Shown here piece after piece: positions 45,018 through 60,408 of a stretch of 64,000 nucleotides of DNA. Made by a program: the position numbers and the translations under genes. The notes below the pieces were generated by a model. It was given only the letters and a program-made list of their open reading frames with translations, searched no databases and was not told the DNA's origin. Origin of the DNA: the human T2T-CHM13v2.0 reference genome, Homo sapiens; NCBI RefSeq assembly GCF_009914755.1, contig NC_060939.1; one strand, 5' to 3'. Numbering within the stretch: the stretch's first letter is position 1; each line of letters begins with the position of its first letter.

Positions 45018-46697
45018 CTAGCTGGGCACAGTGGCACATGCCTACAGTCCCAGCTACTCGAGAGGCTGAGGTAGGAGGATTGCTTGAAGCCCAGGAAGTC
45101 AAAGCTGCAGTAAGCTATGATCGTGCCACCACACTCCAGCCTGGGCAACAGAGCAAGACCCTGTCTCAAACAAAATAAATAAATAAATAAATCGTATTTA
45201 TTATATGAATATAAAAAATAAAAGAAAATTAGGCATGGTAGTGCATGCCTGCAGTCCCAGCACTTTGGGAGGCTAAGGCAGGAGGACTGTTCAAGGCCAA
45301 GAAGTTCAAGATCAGCTGGGCAATATAGCAAGACCTTGTCTCTACCAAAAAAAAAAAAAAAAAGTAAAAATTAGCCAGGAATACTTTTTATTGCACACCT
45401 GTAATCCCAGCTATTCAGGAGGCTGAGGCAGGAGGTTCGCTTGAGCCCAGGAGTCCAAGGTTGCAGTGAGCTATGATCACAACAGCCTCAGCAACAAAGT
45501 GAGACCCTGTCTCAAAAATAAAAATTAAAATTAAAAATATAAATAAATAAACAAAAACCACATAAAGGCATGTCATAAGCTAATGACTAAAAACTAGGGA
45601 GAAAAAAAAATTCTTAAAATCATCTGTGGGTAGGGAAGCACTAAAGGAGCCAGAAAAAAAAGACACATTTTATAAACAGAGGAACAAAGATAAAACTGAC
45701 AGCACACTCTATGTTAAGTCAGAAGAAAATGCAGCCACATATTTAAAGTACTACAAGAAAAAAAGAACTCTATCAACCTAAGATTCTATAGCCAGTGAAA
45801 ATAACTTTCACAAATGAAGGTGAGAAGAGGAGGTGAAACGAAGCCCTTCTGGGCTTCAAAGCTTACAATGCATCACTAGTAGCCTCCATTAATAGAAATG
45901 ATAAAGTTTTTCAGATAGAAGGAATAATACCAGATGGAAACCTACACTGATGCAAATAATAAAAGTGACAGAAATAATGAATATATAAGAAAATAAAAAG
46001 GATTTATTTTCTCATTTTTAATCTCTTTCAAAGTTAAGCGAATACATTTTTTAAACACACAATCTACTGTGGAATTTATGACACACAGAATTAAAATGTG
46101 TAACAATAACAGCACAACAGAAAACAGAGGAGAAACACAGTGTACATATACTCCATATGAAGTGAAGTAATATTATTTGAAAGTATACAGTGATAAGTTA
46201 TAGATATTGTACACTGAACAACCTCTAAAAAATACAACAGGTATATCATCATAAAGCCAATAGCAGAGATAAAATTGAATCATTTTTAAAAGTTTATATT
46301 GAGAGGCCAAGGCGGGTGGATCACTTGAAGCGAGGAGTTCGAGACCAGCCTGGCCAACATGGTGAAACCCCATCTCTACTAAAAATACAAAAATTAATGG
46401 GGCATGGTGGCAGGTGCATGTAATCCCAGCTACTCAGGAGGCTAAGGCATGAGAATCGCTTAAACGCAGGAGGCAGAGGTTGCAGTGAGCCGAGATCGCG
46501 CCACTACACTCCAGCCTGGGCGACAGAGCGAGACCTCAGTCTCCCAAAAAAAAAAAAAAAAAAAAAAAAAAGTATATTACTCCCGAAAAATGCAAGAAAA
46601 GAGGGGGACAAGAACTATGAACAGATGGAAAACAAATAGAAAGATGACAGTTTAAAACTCAGCCATATGAATAATTACATTAAAAGTAAATGATCCA

Positions 46698-46940
46698 GCT
46701 GAGTACATTAGTGTGCACCTGTGGTCCCAGCTACTCAGGAGAGTGAGGTGGGAGGACTGCTTGAGCCCAAGTTTGGGGCTGCAATGCACTATGATCACAT
46801 TTGTGAACGGCCACTGCATTCCAACCTGGACAACAGAGAGAGATCTCCATCTCCGAAGGGGAGGGGAGAGGAGGGGAGGGGAGGGGAGGGGAGAGGGAAA
46901 AGGAGAAGACGAAGGGGAAGGGGAAGAGCAAGCAGAAGGG
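46698..46940 (+). mobile_element. FAM (fossil Alu monomer) with G/A-rich tail
   Basis: Retains the 7SL-like gatcacatttgtgaacggccactgcattcc segment absent from Alu arms; TSD aaagtaaatgatc at ~46683-46695 and 46941-46953. Confidence 0.75.
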
Positions 46941-46989
46941 AAAGTAAATGATCTAACATAACAATTAAAAGGCAAAAGCTGTCATTTCG

Positions 46990-47153
46990 CTTTTTGATTT
47001 TTAAGAGACAGGGTCTCACTCATTGCCCAGGCTGGAGTGTGGTGACGTGATCATAGCTCATTGTACCCTCAACCTCCTAGCTTCAAGCAACCCAGTCACC
47101 TTAGCCTTCTGAGTAACTGGAAACTGGTGCACCACCATGCCATGCCTGACTAA

Positions 47154-47184
<31 letters not shown>

Positions 47185-47609
47185 CCCAGAGACAGCGTTT
47201 CGCTCGTTGCCCAGGCCGTAGCGCAACGGCGCAATCTCGGCTCACTGCAACCTCTGCCTCCCAGGTTCAAGTGATTCTCCTGCCTAAGCCTCCCCAGTAG
47301 CTGGGATTACAGGCATGCACCACCACACCCAGCTAATTTTTGTATTTTTAGCAGAGACAGGGTTTTGCCATGTTGGCCAGGTTGGTCTCAGACCCCTGAC
47401 CTCAAGTGATCTAACCACCTCGGCCTCCCAAAGTGCTGGGATTACAGGTGTGAGCCACCGCGCCCAGCCTGGCTAATCTTTCTTATTTTTTGTAGAAATG
47501 GGGACTCGCTATGTTGTCTAGGCTGGTCTCAAACACCTGGTATTAAGTAATCCTACTGGCTTGGCCTCCCGAAGTTCTGGGATTACAGGCATGAGATGAC
47601 ACGCCAGCC
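46990..47609 (-). mobile_element. Nested antisense Alus
   Basis: AluS within the linker of an AluJ. Confidence 0.85.
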
Positions 47610-49572
47610 TTGTTATTTTTTAAAAAAGGAAAATGTAAATATATGCTAACAGACACAAAAATAAAGATGAGTTAAAGTAAAAAGGACGGGAAAATATATA
47701 ACATCCAAACCCTAATCCAAAGAAAGCTGGAGTGGCTACAGTAATAGCTGAAAAAACAAACTTCAAAACAAAACAAAAAAAATTATGAGGGATAAAGAGG
47801 GACATTTCCTAATTCAAGAAGAAAACACAACAAGCCTAAGTATTTATGTACATAAAAAAAGCTTCAAAGTATGTGAAGAAAAAGTTGATAGAACAGAAAA
47901 AAGCAGACTCTGTAACTAGAGTTGGAAATCATACCACTCCTTTCTGAACAAGCAGACAAAAAAATCAGTAAGATTATTAAAAACTTAAACACAAAGAACT
48001 TGACTAGATAGATAGAATATATTTCTTTTTAAGGGCACATGGAACAGTCACAAAGATAGACCTTAATCCTAGGCCACAAAGCACGTTTCCACAAATTTTA
48101 AAAGACTAAAATCTAAGAGTATGTTTTCTGACTACAGGAGAATTAAGCCAATAACAGATATGCAGAAAATCCCCAAATATTAGGAATTTACATTTCTAAG
48201 TAGTTCATGGGTCAAAGAAGAAATCAAATGGAAATTAGAAAGTATTTTGAGTTGACTGCAAATAGCCCAGGGAGCTTTTTGGATTGATATAAATGTTCTA
48301 TGATTATGGAGGTAGTTATACAAGTAAATATACTTCTCAAAATTTATGAATTCGTACACTTAAAAAATTGTTGAATTTTATTGTATGTAAACTATACCTC
48401 AATAAAGCTGACTAGATTTTTTTTTAAATAAAAATATTGAGGCCAGGTGTGGTGGCTCACACCTATAAGCCCAGCATTTTGGGAGGCCAAAGAAGACAGC
48501 TTAAGGTGAGGCATTCGAGACCAGCCTGGGCAACACAGCGAGATTCCATCTCTATTTTTTAAAAAAAAAGAAAAGAAAAAAGAAAAATGTTGCAGCAAAG
48601 TGGTAGGTATATGGGTTTCTGGCCTTCCTACTTTTTCCCTAAGATATAAAATTTATAAAGTTACAAAAGTTATAAAATTTCCCTAAGTTACAAAATTTTT
48701 TAAAATCCAGGATCAAAAACAAAGACAAATCAAAAAGAGAATTCAAAATATTCCAAGTTATCTTCTCAGTAAAATAAATGAATTAACATTCTACCTACTT
48801 CCAATACTAAGCAGCCTGTAATGATTCAATATTCCTACATAACTGTAGTTTGCTAATAGGACATAAGTAGTAAGAGATGGGGAAATAAAAGATTAAATGA
48901 CAACCAGTGACCACAGGTCTTAAAAGAACATTGGGGGAAACCAACATCAAGGCAAAATATCCATTGAGAAAACAGCAACTAAGCCATTTTCAAGAACTTC
49001 TTAGAAGACCAGAAGGTCCAATTCAACACTGAATCTAAAATAAAAGAAAATATGAGCCATGTGCAGTGGCTCACACATGTAATCCCAGCACTTTGGGAGG
49101 CTAAGGCAGAAGAACTGCTTGAGCCCAGGAGTTTGAAACCAGCCTGGGCAACATAGCGAGACCCTGTCTCTATTTTTTAAAAAAAAGAAAGAAAAGAAAA
49201 TATGGAGGCCTACTACTCACTATGTGTTCAACTAACAAGTTCTTTCAACTACTATCACTGAGACTGGAAATTGTGTTTATGGATGTTTAAGTCTTTATCC
49301 AATTAAATCTTTTTCCGTATCTAGCATTTTACAATTTTCTGAACACAGAATCTTGTTAATTCAAACTGTTTTTCAGCGACTAACAGCATAGGTATCTCCG
49401 GGGAAAGTGTTAGCAATGCAGAATCCTAGGCTCCCAGCAGATCTACTGACCCCACAAATGACTCAGGCTCTACCCCAGACTACCCCAGAGTGATCTGTAT
49501 GCACATTCAAGTTTGAGAAGCACTGTAACCTTTCTTCATTCAGAAATTCCGTGACTTCTACCAGCAGCTATA

Positions 49573-50122
<550 letters not shown>

Positions 50123-50411
50123 TATATCCTTATTTCTACACACTTGCTTTAATGTAAGCATTTAACAATACATTAATAGGGATAGGTACACCATGGGTGC
50201 TACCATTTAAGCAAAAAATACCTCAACTGATGTCTCAGGCAATATACTGAGTAGAAAAAGTTTCCAAATAACGTAGAAGAAGGGTTGGCAAACTGTTACC
50301 CAAAGGCCAGTTCCAGCTGGCCACCTGTTTTTACAACACTGCTATGCTCATTCATTTACATATTTTCTATCTCTGCTTTCACACAACAGCAGAGTTGAAT
50401 AAGCGAAGTAT

Positions 50412-50536
50412 TACAAAATGTTACAGAACAGGTATTAAATCTTTGGTAAGTCACTTAAACACTTAGTTTCATCCTACAAAATGTTACAGAACAGGTATCA
50501 AATCTTTGGTAAGTCACTTAAACACTTAGTTTCATC
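50412..50536. repeat. 63-bp tandem duplication (2 copies)
   Basis: tacaaaatgttacagaacaggtat(t/c)aaatctttggtaagtcacttaaacacttagtttcatc at 50412 and 50475. Confidence 0.95.
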
Positions 50537-50604
50537 TGCCTTTGGTTATAATTCACCTTTTTTTCCTCTACAAGAGGAATACTAACCTGAAATCCACAAA
50601 CCTC

Positions 50605-51102
50605 TGTGTTAGTTAATTTTAGGTGTCAACTTGACTAGATTAAGGAAGACCTAGAGAGCTGGTAAAGCATTATTTCTGGATGTGTCTCTGAGGGTGCTTC
50701 CAGTGAAGACTGGCGGGTGGAGTGGTGGGCTGACTGGGGAAGATCCACCTGCACTGTGGGCAGGCACCATCCAATTGGCTAAAGGCCAGGAAAAAAACAA
50801 AAAGGTGGAGGAAAAGAAAATTCTCCCTCTCTTTCCCCTCGGGACATCAGGACTCCAGCCTCTGCGGCCTTCAGCCTCAGACAGAGTTAAAATATCAGCT
50901 TCCCTGGTTCCCAGACATTAAGACTAAAATGAGCCATACTACCAGCATCCTAGGGTCTCCAGCTTGCAGACTGCCTATCATGGGACTTTTCAGTCTGTAT
51001 AATCGTGTAAGCCAATTCCCCTAATAAATCCTCTCTCATGTATCTATCTGTACATATGTATATCCTATTGGTTCTGTCTCTCTGGAAAACCCTCACTGAT
51101 AG
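50605..51102 (+). mobile_element. MLT2 (ERVL) solo LTR
   Basis: tgtgttagttaattttaggtgtcaacttgactagatt...atcctattggttctgtctctctggaaaaccct. Confidence 0.85.
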
Positions 51103-51315
51103 AGTCAGTCCTCTGTATTCATGGGTTCTGCATTAGTGGAATTCAACCAACTGTGGATTCAAAATACTGAAGGGGAAAAAAAATCCACAAAGTTCCAAAA
51201 GACAAAACCTGAATTTGCTGTACACTGAGTACTATGCTGAATCCACACAAATGAAGTGCTGGCATTATATTAAGTATTATAAGAAATCTGGAGATGGTTT
51301 AAAGTATATGGGAGG

Positions 51316-51630
51316 GGCCAGGTGCAGTGGCTCACACCTGTAATCCTAACACTTTGGGGGGCCGAGGCGGGCAGATCGCTTAAACCCAGGAATTAGAGAC
51401 CAGCCTGGGCAACATAGCAAAGCCCCGTCTCAACAACAACAAAAAAAATACAAAAAACTAGCCAGGTGTGGTGGCACACACTTGTTGTCCCAGCTGCTCA
51501 AGAGGCTGAGGTGGGAGAATCACCTGAGCCCACGAAGTCGAGGCTGGGGTTAGCCGTATTCACACCACTGCACTCCAGCCTGAGTGAGAGAGTGAGACCC
51601 TGTCTCAAAAAAATAAAAAAATTAAAATTC
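51316..51630 (+). mobile_element. AluJ-like
   Basis: Dimeric Alu at the 5' target site of the ZNF retrocopy. Confidence 0.85.
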
Positions 51631-51642
51631 AAGTATGAGAGG

Positions 51643-53523
<1,881 letters not shown>

Positions 53524-54398
53524 AAAGTACAGGGAAGGATGTGCACAGGTTATATGCAAATAGTATACCTTTTTATATAAGGGACTTGAGCATTCATGGA
53601 ACCAATCCCCATAGATACTGAGGGAGAAACTGCATAACCTCTATAGGGGATTCATGAGCCCCTAAATTTTGCAGGCAAAATTCCAAAAATATTCTTTATT
53701 TTCTTTCTTGGCCTTTTATTGGTTCTGCTTTGCATATTTAAATCTTTTATTCATCTATTTATAATTTTATCTGTTTTTTAACTTACTACACTAACTAGGA
53801 GTACCAAACCATGCTGAATAACAAGTGTAGGCATGTTCACTTTGTCCCTGACTTTAATAGAATATCTTTAGTTTTTCATTACATTATATATATATATATA
53901 AAAATAATATTACACTAAGGCTGTTGCTTCTCATTCTTGTTTTAGAAATCCAATATATTCAAATTCACATTAAAATCTGGCTAACAAACATTTTTAAATG
54001 ATTTTTTAAGTTTCACATTTCACATATTTAAAGGGGAAAAATTAAAAATCCCAAACTATATATCCTATTTTATTTTTAAAAGTATCCTAATTTCTTAAAT
54101 GTACCCTGAAATCTTACCATGTACAGAACAATATCCTGATTACATCAATTTCTTGTTTAACTAAATTAAACAATAATGCTTATAAATTGGATGTCATGAT
54201 AATTAAAATGTATCAAGCACTTGCTATCTGCCAGGCTCTGTACTGCTCTACATTTTTTTCATTTAAACCACCCAATCAAGTGAGAACTATTAGCCCATTT
54301 TAAAGAAAACTGAGGTTTGAGTGATATGTAACAAACCCAGTGTCACATAGCAAACAGGAGGCAGTGCCAAGAACTCAACTTTGATTTCAATGATTTCA

Positions 54399-54752
<354 letters not shown>

Positions 54753-55391
54753 CTAAACTGACGTCTACCTCTAAGATGGGGAAAACAAGCAATGCAATAC
54801 TAAAGAAGAATATACTTCTTATAGACAGAAAAATATACATATACATATACCCTTGATTTCCACAGCTAGTGATTGAAATGGGCATGGTTTACTCCACAGG
54901 AGCCCTGACTAATCTTCAACCCTTGTACTGCTTACTACCTCAGTCAGACATCACAAAATTGCCTGTTCCCACATGCAGAGACTGGACCTATCAACTGAGA
55001 TTTATTTCTAAACTTTAGCAATCAGTCAAGAGCTCAGAAAGTATAGATAGAGCATGTGGTATCATCAAATCTCACTGAAACATGTTAACTATTCACCCAT
55101 CTCTATCTGAACACAGCTTGGCCTCTGACCCACTCACCTTTGTATCTGGGAATCTCTCCTTGTTATAGATCTTCCTGATTCCCTAGTTCCAAGCTGCCTA
55201 ATCGTTTACTCCGATTCCTTATCACCTACTCTATCCTGATCCTTACTACTTGCTAGACTCTCCCAGTCCAGGTTCTTTCATCACTATTAGATATATTACC
55301 TACGCAGGACAAAACGAACAACAAGTAAGGACTCAAAGAATGCCAATCTTAATTCCTAATTTTATCCCTCCTGATAAAGAATAAAATAAAA

Positions 55392-55722
55392 TTGTCCCTT
55401 GGTATCCCTGGGGGGTTGGTTCAAGGACTTCCCACAGATATCCAAATCCATTGATGCTCAAATCCCTGACAAAATGACGCGGTATTTGCATACAACCTAT
55501 GCACATACCCATGTATATTTTAAATAATCTCTAGACTACTTATAATACACAATACAATGTAAATCCTATATAAATAGTTGTTGTACTGTGTTGTGTAGGG
55601 AATAATAACAAGAAAAAAGTCTGTACATGTTAAGTACAGACTCAATTTCATTTTTTGAATTTTTTCATTCGTGGTTGGTTTAATCCATGAATACAAAATT
55701 CACAGACACAGAGGGTCAACTG
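55392..55722 (+). mobile_element. MER2
   Basis: gtcccttggtatccctggggg...gacacagagggtcaactg. Confidence 0.85.
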
Positions 55723-56336
55723 GTATTTACTAATCTGCCTTTTAAAAATTTATTTTTCCTAATCACAGAAGTGCGTTATGAATCTTACTACCCAGCAAGT
55801 TGGTATCTGTTCTCTAAAATGATTACATATATATTTATCTATGAAAAAACTGAAATGGTTTTATACATACTTACAAAAGGCATTTTCACATAAAGACTTT
55901 AACAGTGGAGAAATACATGCTACCTGACAATGATGAAAATAAAATACATTTAACCTAGAGGACAATAAAATGTTACTAATCTGACATCAATGGAAAATGA
56001 CAGCTTCCACTAAGGACAGTTTCTAGGTAATTATATCTTGCTAAATATCTTTCTATTTGATGGATGATTAATTTTCCTCCTACTCTAACATGTTCTTGTT
56101 AAGCCAGGCTTATCCTTATTAACATCTTCACCAGAAGAGGCCATAATGATGCAGTAACCTCAAGGCTATGTTATTGTGCTATTATTCCTACATAAAAACA
56201 GCTCCACCCTACAAGATAGTTACTCTGCAAAGTCAACGTCTTCTCCTTTCTCTTCTGTTACTTTATTTCACCTACACAGAAAAGCGCACCAACAGCATTT
56301 AACTTTCTTGTTCTCAGTTTTAGTTGCCAAAAAGCT

Positions 56337-56465
56337 AGCATATATTACAGTCACATGGTACTTAATACTTATAAGCCCCATGGGAAATCTGAAAAGCATA
56401 TACTACAAAGCATATACTACAGTCACATGGCACCTAATACTTATAAGCCCCATGGGAAATTTGAA
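56337..56465. repeat. Imperfect tandem duplication, period 72 bp
   Basis: agcatata(t/c)tacagtcacatgg...ataagccccatgggaaat(c/t)tgaa at 56337 and 56409. Confidence 0.9.
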
Positions 56466-59203
56466 CATCTCCACACTTAAGAAAAAAATCTCCTTAGTTA
56501 TGTAGCAGAATGTCCTTACTTTTATGAAATGCAAGCATACTGAAGTATTTAGAGTACAACTTATTTTCAAATGAAACAGAGGGAAAAAAATAATATATTA
56601 TTAAAAAGAGAGTAAATGTGGTAAAGGTAACCATTCATAAATTCAGGTGAAAGGCATACAAATATTAACTACTAGCATACCTGCAATCTTTTAGAAAGTA
56701 TAAAAATTTTCAAGAATTAAAAAAAGAAACACAGTATATCGAAAAAAGCCTCTATGTAAAACTGCCAGAAGAATAACTAGATTGGATCTACGAGATAGAG
56801 AAAACAGATCCTTTATCAAATTTTATGTAATCCTAGCACTTTGGGAAGTCGAAAGTGATTGTTTAGGAGGATCACTTTAGCTCGGGAGTTCAAGACCAGC
56901 CTGGGCAACACAGTAACACCCCATCTCTAGTTTTTTTTTAAGGGGGAAGACTAAGTAATACCAAAAAATCACATGCAAGAGTGGCAGAAAAATGACCAGC
57001 AGGTTCTAAGAAATAGAAAAAACATAACTTGGCCTCCTTGTCACAGGAGAGCTTAGGAGAGCTCTCCCTTTTTACAATTTGAGAACAGTATTTTTATTTC
57101 CCTTAATTTTTCTCAAAGTCGCCAGGATACTGGTATTTACCAATCCGCCTTTTAAAAAATTATTTTTCCTAATCACAGAAGTGCATTATGAATCTTACTA
57201 CCCAGAAAATTGGTATCTGTTCTCTAAAAATGATTACATATATATTTATCTATGACAAAACTGAAATGGTTTTATGCGTGTTCTTTCTGTAAGCTGCTTT
57301 TCTCCCCTCAAATGTAAACATTTTTTCACATCCAAAAAATAAAATACCTTCTATAAAGAACCTGACTGACTAAAAGGCAAATTCTTCAAATACTGTAAGT
57401 ACAAAGAACCTAAATTACGCTTTAAGGGTAAAATTAGCCTACATGTAAAGGCAAGATCTGGCTTCCCTCAACTGATAACTACTATTTGACTTTCCTGACT
57501 CTGGATAAGTAACCCTCCCTGATCCTCCTCTCTCATTTATAAAATGAAAATAACAACACGTATCTCATAGAGATGCTGTGAAGACCAAGTTAATATATGA
57601 TACACAAAATGATCTAACAACAGTGCCTGGCATTAAGTACCCCAACAAATGCCAGCCATTGTGATTTTTTTCCATATTCCATGGGTAGGTAGCATCTTAC
57701 TTCCCAAGTACCCTTCTAAGCAAAAGCTTCCTTCCCAATCCTTGAACCCAAAACTTACAATCTTCTGTTCCAATCTACTAAATTAAAGAATTGTGCAAAA
57801 AAATACGGAATGAAAATTTCATTAACATCAGGAGAAAAAACAAAGAATAACTCTCTGATAGTGGGTCACCATCATCACCTTGGTGTGAGACAGAAATATC
57901 ATATAACAAGCAAGTTTTTTCCTATCTATACCCAAAAAGTTGGCTATACAATCTTAAGAATGGGAGAGGAAAATCTGCAATAATGTTTTGATATTACAGA
58001 TCTTCCTATTTACAGAAAAACTCAATTACAATAAATGAGAGGATATAAGAGTAAGCTAAGCATGGCATATTTGCATTCCTCAAAAAAAATTACTTGTAAT
58101 CAACTTGTTTTCAACAGACTTTTCACTTGCATAATTTCAAAATGAGGTACCAACAGCATTTTTCCCCAACATAAAAATATATTTCCTTCCTACTGAGTCA
58201 TCAACTACATGTCATAGGCATCATACTGTGTTGACCAATGCTTCCTTTATTTGATAATACATATTCACTCAGATCTTCAGGCACTAAATACCACTAACAA
58301 AACTGTTCTCCTGTATGACAAAGGTAGGCTTCCAGGAACTATCATGCCCTATATTCCAGCAATATATTTAAGTGCCTTTAATGCACTCTTTGAAAAGCTA
58401 CTTCTACAATGTGAATTCAAACTTAAGCCAGTACCTATTTTTTCACTAGAAATCAGTCAAATCATCTTCTAGAAGCAAACAGCTACACCTAACAGTTACA
58501 AGTTAAAGTTCAAGATAGGAGGGAGTGTCTACAATTAAAAGCGTATTTCAACATACCCACTTTTTGAAATCAGCTAGTCTCTAAGAAGTAAAAATAACAC
58601 AAGCTGGCTCAGAAGTCTAAGTAGCTCTTTTATAAATTATATACAAAGGGCTGAAAACACGAATGATTAAAATCTATTGAATGTATTAAATTTATACCAC
58701 TAACTTATGAAATACAATTTAAAAATCAAAAAATTGAAATGTGTACGTAAGATTTCTATGCTGATTTGAAATTCTTTTATACAATCTTTTTTTATTCTTT
58801 TTTTCTGAACCTGTGGGTTATATTGAATCTTTTATACAATTTCTAATAAGACACAAGTACAGACAGTAATAGAGTATGACTTTCAACCTGCCTACATCAC
58901 TTTCACACTCACACAGCCACCACCTCACTTTTGATATACATCTGTCCCACTCCCTGCATTTCATCTTAAACCCATTGTCATTAACTCACCCTTTTCCCAT
59001 AAGATATCCCAAAACATCCGCCACTGCCCCTAGCTGAGAACCACTATGCCAAAGCTTGCTCTACATTAAAGAAAAAGGGCTCCTCCCTACTAAATGGCCT
59101 ACTGCTCCTAGAGATCATGGAGTTACTAAGAGATTTCTGCTACTGGATGGATACAAGTGAATTTTATGGGCTACCAAGAAAATTTATAAATTCTTAAATT
59201 TTG

Positions 59204-59542
<339 letters not shown>

Positions 59543-60109
59543 TTAAATTTTATAAATTCTTGCCAAAATTAAATTCTGATTTCCGAACCAATTTATAAGC
59601 ATCAGTGCCAATCCATCTCCAAAGCTGTCAACAAAACTGTCCTCTCCGTTATGCTAGATTAGAATACCTAACCTTTATAATACACATTTGAGGGTTCTGA
59701 TAATATGCTGTACTAATTGGAGGAGGTCACTTTCTAATTTTACTACAGCAATATTCCAATTTTAACAAAAATCATTATGACATTCAGTTTCATGTAATGA
59801 GACTATTTCCATAATATAGCTGACAGCCAGTACCATGAAGGCTGCTTCACTAATGCCAATATCTGCTGAATGAAAACGGGTGCATAACATGTATCCAGAA
59901 GTCCAGTCCACTTCCTAAGCAATGTATTTAACAATTCTGTAGTCTTAATAACACATATTATAAAATCCTAATGTGAGTGAGACACTGTGCTAGGTCCTAA
60001 AACATGAAGACTAAGAATAAAGTTACTTCCCTCTTAACATTGTCTTTCTAGTGAAGACACAGATCAGTAACTTAACTATAAAGCTTGAAATAAAGAACAG
60101 CAATATCAA

Positions 60110-60408
60110 AGCTCGGCATGGTGGCTCATGCCTGTAATCCCAAAACTTTGGGAGGCTGAAGGAGGATCACTTGAGGTCTAGAGTTCGAGGCCAGCCTGGC
60201 CAACATGGTGAAACCCCGTCTCTACTAAAAATACAAAAATGAGAAGGGCCTGGTGGCAAGTGCCTGTAGTCCCAGCTACTCGGAGGCTGAGGCACAAAAA
60301 TCGCTTAAACCCAGAAGGCAGGGGCTGCAGTGAGCCAAGATCGCACCACTGCATTCCAGCCTGGGCATCAGCGCGAGACTCTGTCTCTAGGGAAGAAAAA
60401 AAAAAAAG
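60110..60408 (+). mobile_element. AluS
   Basis: TSD aaagaacagcaatatc. Confidence 0.9.

Noticed and set aside
58805-58826. tgtgggttat similarity to Y RNA
   Set aside because: Only a ~10-nt match, with no Y RNA termini, and the T-tract indicates the opposite orientation.
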